Below the pieces are notes generated by a model. It saw nothing but the letters and a program-made list of their open reading frames with translations, did no database searches and was not told where the DNA came from. A DNA stretch of 64,000 nt from an uncultured Marinobacterium sp. (GTDB lineage: Bacteria; Pseudomonadota; Gammaproteobacteria; Pseudomonadales; Balneatricaceae). The stretch covers positions 2,516,171 through 2,580,170 of the forward strand of contig OY782520.1 in assembly GCA_963677795.1 (NCBI GenBank), given 5' to 3'. This document shows positions 14,737 through 25,600 of this stretch, piece by piece. The stretch's first letter is position 1. The number at the start of each line of letters is the position of its first letter. The position numbers and the translations under genes were made by a program.

Positions 14737-16698
14737 TTATAGCGTCTGTCGAATCAAATTCTTGATAGTGAACCGAGCCGGATGGAGAATTTGGGCCAGT
14801 TCGGCCTCCAGCGGCAGCGGGGCGCCGCTGATCAGGGCGGCGATCAGCTGGGCACTGATTGGACAGCTGATCAGCCCTTTGGATCCATGGCCGGTGTTGA
14901 CGAACAGGCCCGGCAGGAGCGGAGGCGGGGTGTCGAAGGGCCAGCGGGCATCGTCGCGCAGTTTGGCATAGGTCTCGATGAAGGCCGGCAGATTCGGCAC
15001 GGGGCCGACCAGCGGCAAGTAGTCGGCACTGCTGCAGCGCAGGGCGACACGGCCCTGCAGGGACTGCTCGGCCAGCGACTTGGCCAGCGTCGGCAGCGCG
15101 CGCTGCAGAATATCCAGATTATGCCGGTGCTCTTCGTCGCGTACGTCGAGCTCGGTATCCCTGAGCTTGAACGAGGCGCCGAAGCAGTAGTAGCCATGTA
15201 GCGGCGGCGAGATATAGCCTTCGCCACAGACCACGGTGTTCAGCGGTGCCCTGTCAGGGGGCTGTGCCGTCTGGCTGGTCTGGCCACGGATGGGCTTGAG
15301 CGGCAGTTGCGCCAGCTGCTCGAACCTCAGGGCCTCGTTGGCACAGCACACCACCACCTGACTCGCGGTGAATGCGGTACCGACCAGCCGCCAGCCGGCG
15401 TCGCTTGGCTGCAGAGCTTCAACCGAGGTGTCGTAGTGGCACTGGATCAGCGGGTGGTCCAGCAGCTGACGGCAGAAGGCCGGTGGCGATACCCAACCCG
15501 CATCGGGGAAGAACAGCGCCGGCCAGGGGCAGTCCTGGCCGGCCAGTTTCGAGGCTTCCGGGGCCGAGACAGCGCGCACCAGCGATTCGGGGTAGGCGCC
15601 GGTCTCGACCAGCTGCTGCTGGCGTGTCTGCTCCTTGGCGCTGGTGGCCAGCTGGAGTACGCCGCACAGCTGACCGATGTAGGGTTGCTCGTGCTGCAGA
15701 GGCCGGATCAGGCCTGCGGTATAGCTCAGGCCAGCCAGGTGAAAGCGGCTGTGCGCCGTGGGTTTGGCCGGCAGCTTGGCATAGAGCGCCCCCTGGGGAT
15801 TGCCGGAACCTTCAAGGCCTGGTTCCGGGTGGCGCTCAAGTACCCGTACCGGTACGCCGAGGTCCGCCAGGGCACGGGCGGTGCTGGCACCGGCCAGCCC
15901 GGCGCCGATCACGACCACCGGCTGGTCATTGGCTTCGGCTTCGGGGCGCTGGAACCAGATCGGTTGGCCAGCGGGGCGCGTTTCAGTGTTGTTACCGGTG
16001 AAGGTACCGCTGATCATCTCCCGCTTGCGGCCGAACCCGGGCACCTTGCGGATGTCGAAGCCGACCGCCTGCAGGCCGCGACGCACAATGCCGGCGGCGG
16101 TAAAGGTGGCGCAGCTGGTGCCGGGCCCGCTCAGGCGGGCGATCTGAGCAAAGAGCCGGTCATTCCACAATTCAGGGTTCTTGGCCGGGGCAAAGCCGTC
16201 CAGAAACCAGGCATCCACGCGGGCATCCAGCTGCGGCAGGCTGTCCAGTGCATCGCCGAGCAGCAGCGTCAGCAACACTCGGCCCTGATCGAGCCTGAGG
16301 GTAAAAAAGCCGGGCACCGGTTCGGGGTAGCCGTCGATCAGCTGGGCCGCACCGTCGGTGAGCTGCGGGAAGGCGGACAGGGCGCGGGCCAGATCGTCGC
16401 GGGTCAGCGGGTACTTTTCGCAGGAGACGAAGTGCAGCTGGCCCCGTTCGGGTGCCTGCTGCAGCCAGAGGTCACGGGCACAGAGAAAGTTGAGCCCGGT
16501 GCCGAAGCCGGTCTCGGCGATGACGAAGCTGCCGTGCTGATGGGCCGCGAAACGCTCGCCGAGCCGGTTGGCGTTGAGAAACACATGCTCGGTTTCTGCC
16601 ACGCCGCCGGCGCGGTTGAAGTAGATATCACCGAACTGTTCCGATTCCGGGATCGACTCCTGCCACTGCAGGCGAGCGGTAGCGAGGCGCTCACTCAT
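14737..16698 (-). CDS. mnmC: bifunctional tRNA mnm5s2U34 biosynthesis protein MnmC
   Basis: ETGFGTGLNF, DAWFLDGFAPAKNP methyltransferase half; GAGLAG FAD oxidase half; GHGSKGL. Confidence 0.96.
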   Translation of the reverse strand: MSERLATARLQWQESIPESEQFGDIYFNRAGGVAETEHVFLNANRLGERFAAHQHGSFVIAETGFGTGLNFLCARDLWLQQAPERGQLHFVSCEKYPLTRDDLARALSAFPQLTDGAAQLIDGYPEPVPGFFTLRLDQGRVLLTLLLGDALDSLPQLDARVDAWFLDGFAPAKNPELWNDRLFAQIARLSGPGTSCATFTAAGIVRRGLQAVGFDIRKVPGFGRKREMISGTFTGNNTETRPAGQPIWFQRPEAEANDQPVVVIGAGLAGASTARALADLGVPVRVLERHPEPGLEGSGNPQGALYAKLPAKPTAHSRFHLAGLSYTAGLIRPLQHEQPYIGQLCGVLQLATSAKEQTRQQQLVETGAYPESLVRAVSAPEASKLAGQDCPWPALFFPDAGWVSPPAFCRQLLDHPLIQCHYDTSVEALQPSDAGWRLVGTAFTASQVVVCCANEALRFEQLAQLPLKPIRGQTSQTAQPPDRAPLNTVVCGEGYISPPLHGYYCFGASFKLRDTELDVRDEEHRHNLDILQRALPTLAKSLAEQSLQGRVALRCSSADYLPLVGPVPNLPAFIETYAKLRDDARWPFDTPPPLLPGLFVNTGHGSKGLISCPISAQLIAALISGAPLPLEAELAQILHPARFTIKNLIRQTL

Positions 16699-17065
16699 GG
16701 TTGGCCGGCAGCGGTGGCTGCTGTTCGCGGGCGCTGCTCATCAGGTGCTGCGAACGGGTACGCCGCAGCGCACGGTTTTCATGGTGCAGGGCGGTCTTGG
16801 CCAGCATGTGCGCTGTGATCGGCGCGGTGATCAGCAGAAACAGCGTAATCAGCAGTTCGTGCAGGCTCAGGTAACCCTGATTGACCGACATCGTCAGCAT
16901 GGAGGCGATCAGGATGCCACCCATGCCCACGGTGGTCGCCTTGGTGGGCGCGTGCAGGCGGGTGTAGAAGTCAGGCAGCCGGCTCAGACCGATGGAGCCA
17001 ACCAGCACGAAGACGCCGCCAATCAGCAGCAGAATGGTTATCAGCAGTTCAACCCAGAAGTTCAT
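16691..17065 (-). CDS. phaG: Mrp/Pha antiporter subunit G
   Basis: RLPDFYTRLHAPTKATT motif. Confidence 0.92.
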   Translation of the reverse strand: MNFWVELLITILLLIGGVFVLVGSIGLSRLPDFYTRLHAPTKATTVGMGGILIASMLTMSVNQGYLSLHELLITLFLLITAPITAHMLAKTALHHENRALRRTRSQHLMSSAREQQPPLPANHE

Positions 17066-17073
17066 CTCAGTTC

Positions 17074-17343
17074 CTATTCAATGATGTCGCCGCGCAGCAG
17101 GTACTTGCACAGGGCCACGGTGCTGACGAAGCCAAGCATCGCGATCAGCAGGGCCGACTCGAAATAGAGGTTGGTACCCATGTGCATGCCGTAGAGCAGG
17201 ATCAGGGCGATGCTGTTGATGTACATGGTATCCAGCGCCAGGATGCGGTCCGACAGGTCCGGTCCCCGCAGCAGGCGCCAAAGGTTGAGGATCAGCGCTA
17301 CGCAAAGCATGCCGCTGACGATCAGGATGGCGGTGTTCAGCAT
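17074..17343 (-). CDS. phaF: Mrp/Pha antiporter subunit F
   Basis: RGPDLSDRILALDT motif. Confidence 0.92.
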   Translation of the reverse strand: MLNTAILIVSGMLCVALILNLWRLLRGPDLSDRILALDTMYINSIALILLYGMHMGTNLYFESALLIAMLGFVSTVALCKYLLRGDIIE

Positions 17344-17831
17344 GCGAAGATCTCCTTCAGCGGGGCTTCGTAGCGAGACTTGATGGTCTCGATCAGAGCC
17401 TGCTCATCGGTCAGGTGCAGGGCATGCACGTAGAGCCAGCGGCCGTCCTCGGACAGCTCGGCGCTGACAGTACCCGGCGTCAGCGAAACGGTGCTGGCCA
17501 GGACCGTCTGCGGCAGCTCGGAGGTGATATCCAGGGGGACCGCCACGAAAGCCGGCTGGAGTTTGCGCATGGGGCCCAATACCAGAATGGCGACTTCGAT
17601 ATTGGCGACCACGATATCCCAGAGCACACGCAGGATGTAGCGCAGAGCCAGCAAGGGGCGGTGCACGATCGGCTGCGGTGTCTGCAGCGGGGCGCACAGC
17701 AGTGGGATGGTCAGCGCCAGGAAGGCGCCGAGCACCAGGTGGCCGGGCGCAAGAGTATTGTTCAGCAGCAGCCAGACCACAAACAGTAGAATACTGTGGA
17801 CCGGCATCGGCAGCCAGCGAAAACGTTTCAT
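17337..17831 (-). CDS. phaE: Mrp/Pha antiporter subunit E
   Basis: VSLTPGT, LYVHAL, IKSRYEAPLKEIF. Confidence 0.92.
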   Translation of the reverse strand: MKRFRWLPMPVHSILLFVVWLLLNNTLAPGHLVLGAFLALTIPLLCAPLQTPQPIVHRPLLALRYILRVLWDIVVANIEVAILVLGPMRKLQPAFVAVPLDITSELPQTVLASTVSLTPGTVSAELSEDGRWLYVHALHLTDEQALIETIKSRYEAPLKEIFAC

Positions 17832-19339
17832 GATTCACCTCCCGGCAGCAGCAGGTGCAGTGACGCGGGCACCTGGTGCAACTGTTCAGCGGCGGCGGAC
17901 GTGTACTCGGTGATCGGGCCACCCAGCACTACCATCAGTGGTGCGCCCAGCAACAGCAGGGTCACGGCGGCCAAATGCCAGCGGGAAGCCGGTTCGGCCT
18001 GCGACTTGTCACTGCTGCGGCGCCAGAACAGGGTGGTACCGCCACGGGACAGGGCGATGATGGTGATCAGGCTGCTGAGCAGGATGCCCGGCCAGGCCCA
18101 GAACATCTCGGTACCTGTCTGGGCCGCCTGCAGCAGCAGTACCTTGCCGACGAAGCCTGAAAACGGCGGGATGCCGGCCACTGCCAGGGCAGCGATGAAG
18201 AACATGCCTCCCAGCAGTACCGGCTGGCGTACCTTGCGTGACATCACGAAGCGGTCGCCGGCCTTGCCACGCTGATGGCCGATCAGGTCGGCGATCATGA
18301 ACAGGGCGGCACAGATCAGGGTACTGTGGACCAGATAGTAGAGTCCCGCCGCGGTCGCGGCCTGGTTCATCAGCGCGACCGATACCAGCAGGGTGCCGAC
18401 GGAGACGATCACCAGGTTGGCGGTCAGCTCGCGCAGGTTGGGGCTGGCCAGGGCACCGATGCTGCCGGCCAGCAGGGTCAACAGCGCCAGCGGCCAGATC
18501 CAGGGCTGCGCCATGAAGGCCAGGTCGCCGGCGTTGGCGCCGAAGATCACCGTATGCACGCGGTAGATGCTGTAGATGCCCACCTTGGTCATGATCGCGA
18601 ACAGCGCGGCCACCGGTGCGCTGGCAGACGCATAGGTGCGGGTGAGCCAGAAGTGCAGCGGCAGCATGGCGGCCTTGAGACCGAACACCGCCAGCAGCAG
18701 TAGACCGCCGGCCTTGGCCAGCACCTTCTCGCCATCGGACAGGCTGGCCACCTTGGTGGACATGTCGGCGATATTGAGCGTGCCCAGGGTGCCGTAGAGG
18801 ATACCCAGTGCAAACAGGAACAGGCTGGAGCCGACCAGGTTCAGCGCCACGTAGTGGAAGCCGGCCTGGGTCTTCTGCTTGCCACCGCCATGGATCAACA
18901 GGGCGTAGGAGGCGATCAGCAGCACCTCGAAGAACACGAACAGGTTGAAGATGTCGCCGGTCAGGAAGGCGCCGTTGATGCCCATCACCTGCAGCAGCAC
19001 CAGCGGGTAGAAATAGGCCCCGGTACGGTCGTCACCGGCGCAGGCGTACAGCAGCGATGCCAGTCCCAGCAGCGAGGTCAGCGCTACCAGCAGCGTCGAC
19101 AGCCGGTCAGCGACCAGCACGATGCCGTAGGGCGGTTGCCAGTCACCGAGGACATAGAGCTGAATGCCCTCGGCCTGGCTCTGCTGCAGCAGCAGACCGG
19201 CACTGAGCAGGGTCAGCACGGCGACCAGCAGGGCACCGAAGCGCTGCCGTTCCAGGGTGCTGGCCAGTGGCGGCAGCAACAGCAGCAGGCCGCCGATCAA
19301 TGGCAGCAGGATCGGCAGGATGGTCAGGTGTTCGCTCAT
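17828..19339 (-). CDS. phaD: Mrp/Pha antiporter subunit D
   Basis: NuoN/M-like; DIFNLFVFFEV, KAAMLPLHFWL. Confidence 0.93.
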   Translation of the reverse strand: MSEHLTILPILLPLIGGLLLLLPPLASTLERQRFGALLVAVLTLLSAGLLLQQSQAEGIQLYVLGDWQPPYGIVLVADRLSTLLVALTSLLGLASLLYACAGDDRTGAYFYPLVLLQVMGINGAFLTGDIFNLFVFFEVLLIASYALLIHGGGKQKTQAGFHYVALNLVGSSLFLFALGILYGTLGTLNIADMSTKVASLSDGEKVLAKAGGLLLLAVFGLKAAMLPLHFWLTRTYASASAPVAALFAIMTKVGIYSIYRVHTVIFGANAGDLAFMAQPWIWPLALLTLLAGSIGALASPNLRELTANLVIVSVGTLLVSVALMNQAATAAGLYYLVHSTLICAALFMIADLIGHQRGKAGDRFVMSRKVRQPVLLGGMFFIAALAVAGIPPFSGFVGKVLLLQAAQTGTEMFWAWPGILLSSLITIIALSRGGTTLFWRRSSDKSQAEPASRWHLAAVTLLLLGAPLMVVLGGPITEYTSAAAEQLHQVPASLHLLLPGGES

Positions 19340-19701
19340 GCGTGCTCCTTCTTGCGGCGCGGCTTCACTTCAGGCTGCGGCGGCAGACGGCCATCGACAT
19401 GGTCGTTGCCCAGGTCGGCACGGGCGCGCATGGCCAGGATGACGATGAAGGCGGTCATGGCGAAGCCGATCACGATGGCGGTCAGCACCAGCGCCTGCGG
19501 CAGCGGATCGGTGTAGCTGTACGAGGTGCCCAGAATGGCGGCGCCTTCCATCTTCAGACGGCCGCTGGCAAACAGGAACAGGTTGACGGCATAGGACAGC
19601 AGGGTCAGTCCCATGACCACCGGGAAGGTGCGTCCCCGCAGACAGAGGAACACGCCCGAGAAGGTGAGCAGGCCGACACAGGCGGCGTAAACGGCTTCCA
19701 T
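19336..19701 (-). CDS. phaC: Mrp/Pha antiporter subunit C
   Basis: DPLPQALVLTAIVIGFA motif. Confidence 0.93.
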   Translation of the reverse strand: MEAVYAACVGLLTFSGVFLCLRGRTFPVVMGLTLLSYAVNLFLFASGRLKMEGAAILGTSYSYTDPLPQALVLTAIVIGFAMTAFIVILAMRARADLGNDHVDGRLPPQPEVKPRRKKEHA

Positions 19702-22496
19702 TATTCAGACTCCGGCTGAGTAGGACGATGGCTGGTGGTCAGCTTGCCGAGGTTGGCAAGAATCAGCAGGGTGGCGCCGACCACGGTCAGATAAACCCCC
19801 AGATCGAACAGCATGGCGCTGGCCAGCTCGAATTCGCCGATCCAGGGCAGGTGGAAGTGGTCGAACCAGGAGGTCAGGAAGGGGCGTCCGAACAGCCAGC
19901 TGCCCAGACCGGTCAGGGCGGCGATTAGTACGCCGCTGGCGATCAGCCACTGATAATCGAGCTTCAGGCGTGCCTTGATCCAGTCGACGCCATGGGCCAC
20001 GTACTGCTGTATCAGCGCGACCGAGGTGACCAGACCGGCGATGAAACCGCCGCCGGGCAGGTTGTGGCCGCGCAGGAAAATATAAACGGACACCAGCAGC
20101 GCCAGCGGCAACAGGCTTTGGGACATCACGGCCAGCATCACCGGATGACGGTCCCGTGCCCAGGGGCGGCCGTTTTCGTCACCGGCCGGCATGAACAGGC
20201 GCATGCGGGCGATCAGCTTGAAGATGCCCAGGGCGGCGATGCCCAGCACGGTGATCTCGCCCAGGGTGTCGAAGCCGCGGAAGTCCACCAGAATCACGTT
20301 GACCACGTTGGTACCGCCGCCACCGGTCTTGCTGTTGGCGAGGAAGAAATCGGAGATGCTGGTCAGCGGACGGGTCATCATCGCGTAATTGATGGTGCCG
20401 ATGATGCCGCCGAGGATGGCGGCGATGCCCAAGTCACGCACCACGCGTCGGGGCGAGGACTCCTTGGGGGTCTTCTGCGGCAGGAAGAACAGCGCCAGCA
20501 TCAGCAGAATCACGGTGACCACCTCGACCGACAGCTGGGTCAGGGCCAGGTCCGGGGCGGAGAAGCGGGCGAAGGCGATGGACACGATCAGGCCCACTAC
20601 CGACAGCGTCAGCAGGGCGATCATGCGCTTGCGGTGCCAGATCATAGTGGCCAGAGCGCTGAGGCAGAGCAGCACTGCGGCGGTGATCTCGACCGCATCG
20701 ATCGGCAGGTGCGGGCGCAGTCCGGCGGTGGTGTTCAGGTCCATCAGCGGCCCGGCGGTGAGCACCAGTGCGAACAGCAGTAACAGCAGCATATAGCGCT
20801 GCAGCGAGCCGTTCTCGAAGAAGCCGTGAATGCGCACGGCACCGGCCACCAGCGACTGGATCAGGCGCTCAAACGCCAGCTTGGCATCCTTGTCGGGGAA
20901 CTGGGCCTGGAACTGGTACAGGTGGCGGCGGTTATAGTAGACCACCAGACCGCCAAACATGGCGATAATACTCATTACCAGCGGCAGGTTGAAACCGTGC
21001 CAGATCGACAGGCTGTAATCCGGCAGGTTGCCGGCCAGCACCGCCGAGGACGCCGAGGCCAGCAGGTCACCGACAATGTAGCCCGGGAATACACCTACCA
21101 GCAGGCAGAGTGCCACCAGAATTTCCACCGGGATACGCATGTAGCGCGGCGGTTCATGTGGCGTCTTCGGCAGGTCGACCGGCTCGCCGTTGAAGAACAC
21201 ATCGTGAATGAAGCGGGTTGAGTAGGCCACCGAGAAGACGCTGCCCAGTGTTGCCAGTACCGGCACCATCCAGGACAGTGACCCCAGGGCCACCTGATGC
21301 AGCGTCTCGGCGAAGAACATCTCCTTGGACAGGAAGCCGTTGAGCAAGGGGACGCCGGCCATGGAGGCCGCGGCGACCATCGCCAGGGTGGCTGTATAGG
21401 GCATGTACTTCCACAGGCCGTTGAGCTTGCGCATGTCGCGAGAGCCGGATTCGTGATCAATGATACCGGCAGCCATGAACAGTGAGGCCTTGAAGGTGGC
21501 GTGGTTGATGATATGGAAGATCGCGGCCACGGCCGCCAGCTGGGTGTCCATGCCCAGCAGCAGCGTGATCAGACCCAGATGGCTGACGGTGGAGTAGGCC
21601 AGCAGCCCCTTGAGGTCATGCTTGAACAGGGCGATATAGGCGCCCAGCAGCAGGGTGGCCAGGCCGGTCAGGCTGACGATCAGGAACCAGAGCTCGGTAC
21701 CGGACAACACCGGGTAGAAGCGGGCCAGCAGGAAGATCCCCGCCTTGACCATGGTCGCCGAGTGCAGGTAGGCGCTGACCGGAGTCGGGGCAGCCATGGC
21801 ATGCGGCAGCCAGAAATGGAACGGGAACTGCGCCGACTTGGTGAAGGCGCCGAGCAGCACCAGTACCAGTGCGATTGGGTAGGCCGCATGCTCACGCAGG
21901 AGGTCGCCGCTGGCCAGCACTACGCTGAGGTCGTAGCTACCGACGATATGGGCGATCAGCAGCAAGCCGGCCAGCAGCGCCAGGCCACCGGCACCGGTGA
22001 CGGTCAGCGCCATGCGGGCGCCCTTGCGAGCCTCGCTCTTGTGGTTCCAGAAACTGATCAGCAGGAAGGAGCTGATACTGGTCAGCTCCCAGAACAGCCA
22101 CAGCTGGATCAGGTTGTTGGCCGTGACGATACCCACCATCGCCGTCATGAACAGGATCAGGTAGGCATAGAACCGCGACATCGAGTCCTGCTCGGACAGA
22201 TAGTAGCGGGCATAGAGAATGACCAGCAGGCCGATGCCGAGGATCAGCATGCAGAACAGCAGCGCCAAGCCGTCCAGGCGGAAGGACAGATCCAGTCCCA
22301 TGGCCGGTATCCAGCTGAAGCTCTGCTGCAGGGTGGTGCCCTGCAGAATCTGTGGCGACAGGCTGAGCACCAGGGCCAGTGCGAGGGCAGGCAGTATCCC
22401 GGTGAACAGGGCACAGGCACTGCGCCCGAAGCGCTCACTGAGCAGGGGAACCAGGGTGCCGATCAATGGCAGTAGCGGAATCCAGAATAAGCTCAT
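19701..22496 (-). CDS. phaA: Mrp/Pha antiporter fused subunit A/B
   Basis: 931 aa; [39 protein letters not shown] (group-2 AB fusion). Confidence 0.95.
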   Translation of the reverse strand: MSLFWIPLLPLIGTLVPLLSERFGRSACALFTGILPALALALVLSLSPQILQGTTLQQSFSWIPAMGLDLSFRLDGLALLFCMLILGIGLLVILYARYYLSEQDSMSRFYAYLILFMTAMVGIVTANNLIQLWLFWELTSISSFLLISFWNHKSEARKGARMALTVTGAGGLALLAGLLLIAHIVGSYDLSVVLASGDLLREHAAYPIALVLVLLGAFTKSAQFPFHFWLPHAMAAPTPVSAYLHSATMVKAGIFLLARFYPVLSGTELWFLIVSLTGLATLLLGAYIALFKHDLKGLLAYSTVSHLGLITLLLGMDTQLAAVAAIFHIINHATFKASLFMAAGIIDHESGSRDMRKLNGLWKYMPYTATLAMVAAASMAGVPLLNGFLSKEMFFAETLHQVALGSLSWMVPVLATLGSVFSVAYSTRFIHDVFFNGEPVDLPKTPHEPPRYMRIPVEILVALCLLVGVFPGYIVGDLLASASSAVLAGNLPDYSLSIWHGFNLPLVMSIIAMFGGLVVYYNRRHLYQFQAQFPDKDAKLAFERLIQSLVAGAVRIHGFFENGSLQRYMLLLLLFALVLTAGPLMDLNTTAGLRPHLPIDAVEITAAVLLCLSALATMIWHRKRMIALLTLSVVGLIVSIAFARFSAPDLALTQLSVEVVTVILLMLALFFLPQKTPKESSPRRVVRDLGIAAILGGIIGTINYAMMTRPLTSISDFFLANSKTGGGGTNVVNVILVDFRGFDTLGEITVLGIAALGIFKLIARMRLFMPAGDENGRPWARDRHPVMLAVMSQSLLPLALLVSVYIFLRGHNLPGGGFIAGLVTSVALIQQYVAHGVDWIKARLKLDYQWLIASGVLIAALTGLGSWLFGRPFLTSWFDHFHLPWIGEFELASAMLFDLGVYLTVVGATLLILANLGKLTTSHRPTQPESE

Positions 22497-22622
22497 CAGC
22501 GGGTCGGGCTCCGGTCAGTCTCGATAAACATGTATTAGAATCTATTAATATTGCGTCAGGGGATTGCCCTTTTATACCGTTTGGCACCGCGGGCGTCTAC
22601 CGTTGACAAGTCGGCCAGGATA

Positions 22623-22658
22623 CGACCTCCGTGCCCGTGTGCAAGGGCACGGAGGTCG
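22623..22658. terminator. 14-bp perfect hairpin downstream of cheA-like gene
   Basis: CGACCTCCGTGCCC-gtgtgcaa-GGGCACGGAGGTCG; no U-tract. Confidence 0.45.
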
Positions 22659-22672
22659 CTGAGCAGGTAGGG

Positions 22673-25600
22673 TCAGAACAGCAGCGACTGAACGGTTTCC
22701 AGTACTTTGGCTTCAGTCCAGGGCTTGGTCAGATAGGCGGATACGCCAGCCGCTTCGGCCTCGCCGCGGTGTTTGTGTGTCGACCTTGAGGTGATCATGA
22801 CCACCGGGATCTGGCTGAACTGGCTGCTGTTGCGAATGATCGCTGCCAGTTCCATGCCGGTCATGCGCGGCATCTCCAGGTCGGTCAGGATCAGCTCGGG
22901 CGGATCGGAACGCACTTTGTCGAGGGCATCCAGACCATCGATCGCCGTGGTCACCTGAAACCCGCTGTCGCTGAGCAGGGTCGCCAGGGTCTTGCGCGCA
23001 CTGAGCGAGTCGTCCACCACCAGTACCTGCGGCAGGCGCAGTTCAAAGGCTGCCTCAGAGGCGTCGTGCGCCGGACCCAGGACGGAGTCTCGGTCGAGAA
23101 TACGGGCCTGAAGGTCGATGATCGGTGCCACCTCGCCGTTGGCCAGGATGGTAACGCCGGGGACCCCGGCGATATCGGGCAGGTGTTCGCCCAGCGGCTT
23201 GAACACCAGCTCCCGGTGCGCCAGCACTTCGCGCACCAGGACAGCGGCCTTGCGACCATGATCCAGGTTGATCATCAGCACCGGGTGGATGCGAGTACTG
23301 TGGTAATCCTTGGAGGGTTCGCCGATCAGGCTTTCCAGCGTATAGGCCGGGTATTCGCCCTCTTCGGTGGTGAAGGTCAGACCATTGCGGCTCTGTTTCA
23401 GTGTGCCGTCCAGAGACAGCAGGCTCTGATCGACGGTGTGACTGGACAGGGCGAAGATGCGGCGGCTGTTGGAGCGAACCAGCAGAGTGTGGACCAGCAG
23501 CGAGGAGGCCGGCATCGACAGTTCGAAGCGGCTGCCTTGGCCCGGTGTGGAGTCGATGTTCAGCGATCCCTGCATGCGGGTGACCTGCTGATAGACTACA
23601 TCCATACCGATACCGCGACCGGACAGCTGGCTGATCTCGTCGCGGGTGGAGAAACCCGGCACCAGAATCAGTCGCTGGATATCGCGATCGCTCAGCTCGG
23701 CATCGGCGCTGATCAACTCCTTGCGCACGGCGATGTCACGGACCCGTTGCAGATTGATGCCGGCACCATCATCCTCACAGCTGACATGGACCTTGCCGTT
23801 ACGCTGGCTGAAGCGGATGGTCAGGGTACCGGTTTCATCCTTGCCGGCCTCGAAACGCAGGTGCGGCGTTTCCAGACCATGGTCAACGGCGTTGCGGATG
23901 ATGTGCATCAGCGGATCGGCCAGCTGGTTGAGGATCTGGCTGTCCATCATCACGTCCTCGCCCTCGATCAGCAGGCGCGCCTCCTTGCCGGCGGCGCCGC
24001 AGGCCTGACGCATGATGCGCTGCATGCGCGAGCTGATCGTTTTTACCGCGACCTGCCGGGTATGCAACACGTTATCCAGGGATTCCTTCTGCAGGTTGGC
24101 CTGGCGGACATGAAGTTCGGCCAGCTGACGCAGTTGCTGGTCTGCTTCCAGGTCCACCTCGCGCACGTCGGCAACGGCCTCCTGCAGCTGCGACAGGGTG
24201 GTGTGCATGCTGTTGTAGCGGTCCATCTCCAGTGGGTCGAAGTCGCTGTCGCCCTCATGCAGATGATTATTGAGGGTGAAATGGTCCTGCAGCTGCTGTT
24301 CCAGATCGAACAGTACCTTCTGCAGTGCCCGTTGACGCTCACGGTTGGAGCGGCTGAGGCGGCGCAGCTGGGTCAGGGAGTCGTCCAGCTGGGCATTGAG
24401 CGTGCTGGACTCACCGGCGATGCGGAACAGGTTATCGAGGATGCTCACCGCGACTCGCAGGTGGGCATGTTCCTTGTCACCCTCATGCCCCGTCGCCGAG
24501 GCCGGTTTGGCCGTCGGTTTGGGAGCACTCGGCGCCGTTTGGCCGGATTGGGCTGTTTGCTCGGCTTCGGCAAGGGCCTCGGCGGCACAGTCCACACCTT
24601 CGGTCTGCAGGCGGTAGAACCAGGTCATCATGCGCTGCAACTGCTGCAGGGCGTTATCCGGTGCCTCGGCGTCTTCGGTGATGCTTTCGCTCATCTGTGC
24701 CAAACAGTCCGAGGCCTCGGTCAGGTCGTGGCTCAACTGGCTGCCGGGGAAGGTCTTGGCGTTGGTCAACACCTCGAGAATATCCTCGAGATGGTGGGTC
24801 AGGTTGGCCAGCCCCTTGATGCCGGCCATGTTGGCCAGGCCCTTGATGGTATGGGCCGCCCGCTGAGCGCTGAGCAGGGCATCGGCCTCGTGGTCGACCA
24901 GCACCGCCTGCAGATGGGTCTGGAACTCCTCCACCAGCACCGGCAGTTCGTCGTACAGCATCTCCATCAACTGGGGGTCGATATCGTCGCCGACCGCCAG
25001 GATGACATCCTCCGGGGTGGCGGTTTCACACTCGATCTCGTCCGGTGACTGGATGCTGGCCAGCGCCAGCAGCCCGGAGATGAAGGCGCCCTGTTGCGCA
25101 TCGGCATGGATCGGCAGCCGTTCATCGCTGATCGCATCGATCAGGTCTTCGCGGGTAGCCTTGTCGGCCAGTGCCTCCAGATGCTGGTGGACTGACTGCA
25201 GACAGGCGGCAAAGTGTGTGCACTGGCTGTCCTGGAAGCGGTCCGGGTGCTGACGGAACCAGGCCAGGTTGTGCTCGAGCCCGGTCAGCAGCAGGTTCAG
25301 ACCGTTCAAATGGACCGTGGTACAGGCGCGCGCCAGGGGTGCCAGGGCATCCTGACTGGCTTCCAGCAAGACGTCGGCCTGGTCCGTATTGGCGCTGCCC
25401 CATTGTTCCCGCAGAGCCTGCAGCGAACCGACCAGCATGGTCAGGATGCCGGGGTCCACCGACGGGCCGGGCTGTTCCAGCAGCGCCATATCGATATCGC
25501 AGAAGGGCGGCAGTTCTTCAATCGTGTCATCTGTCTCGACTTCAGCGGGCGCGGCGCCAATCCGGAAGTCATCCCGATCCGTATCGGCTGCTTCAGCAAA

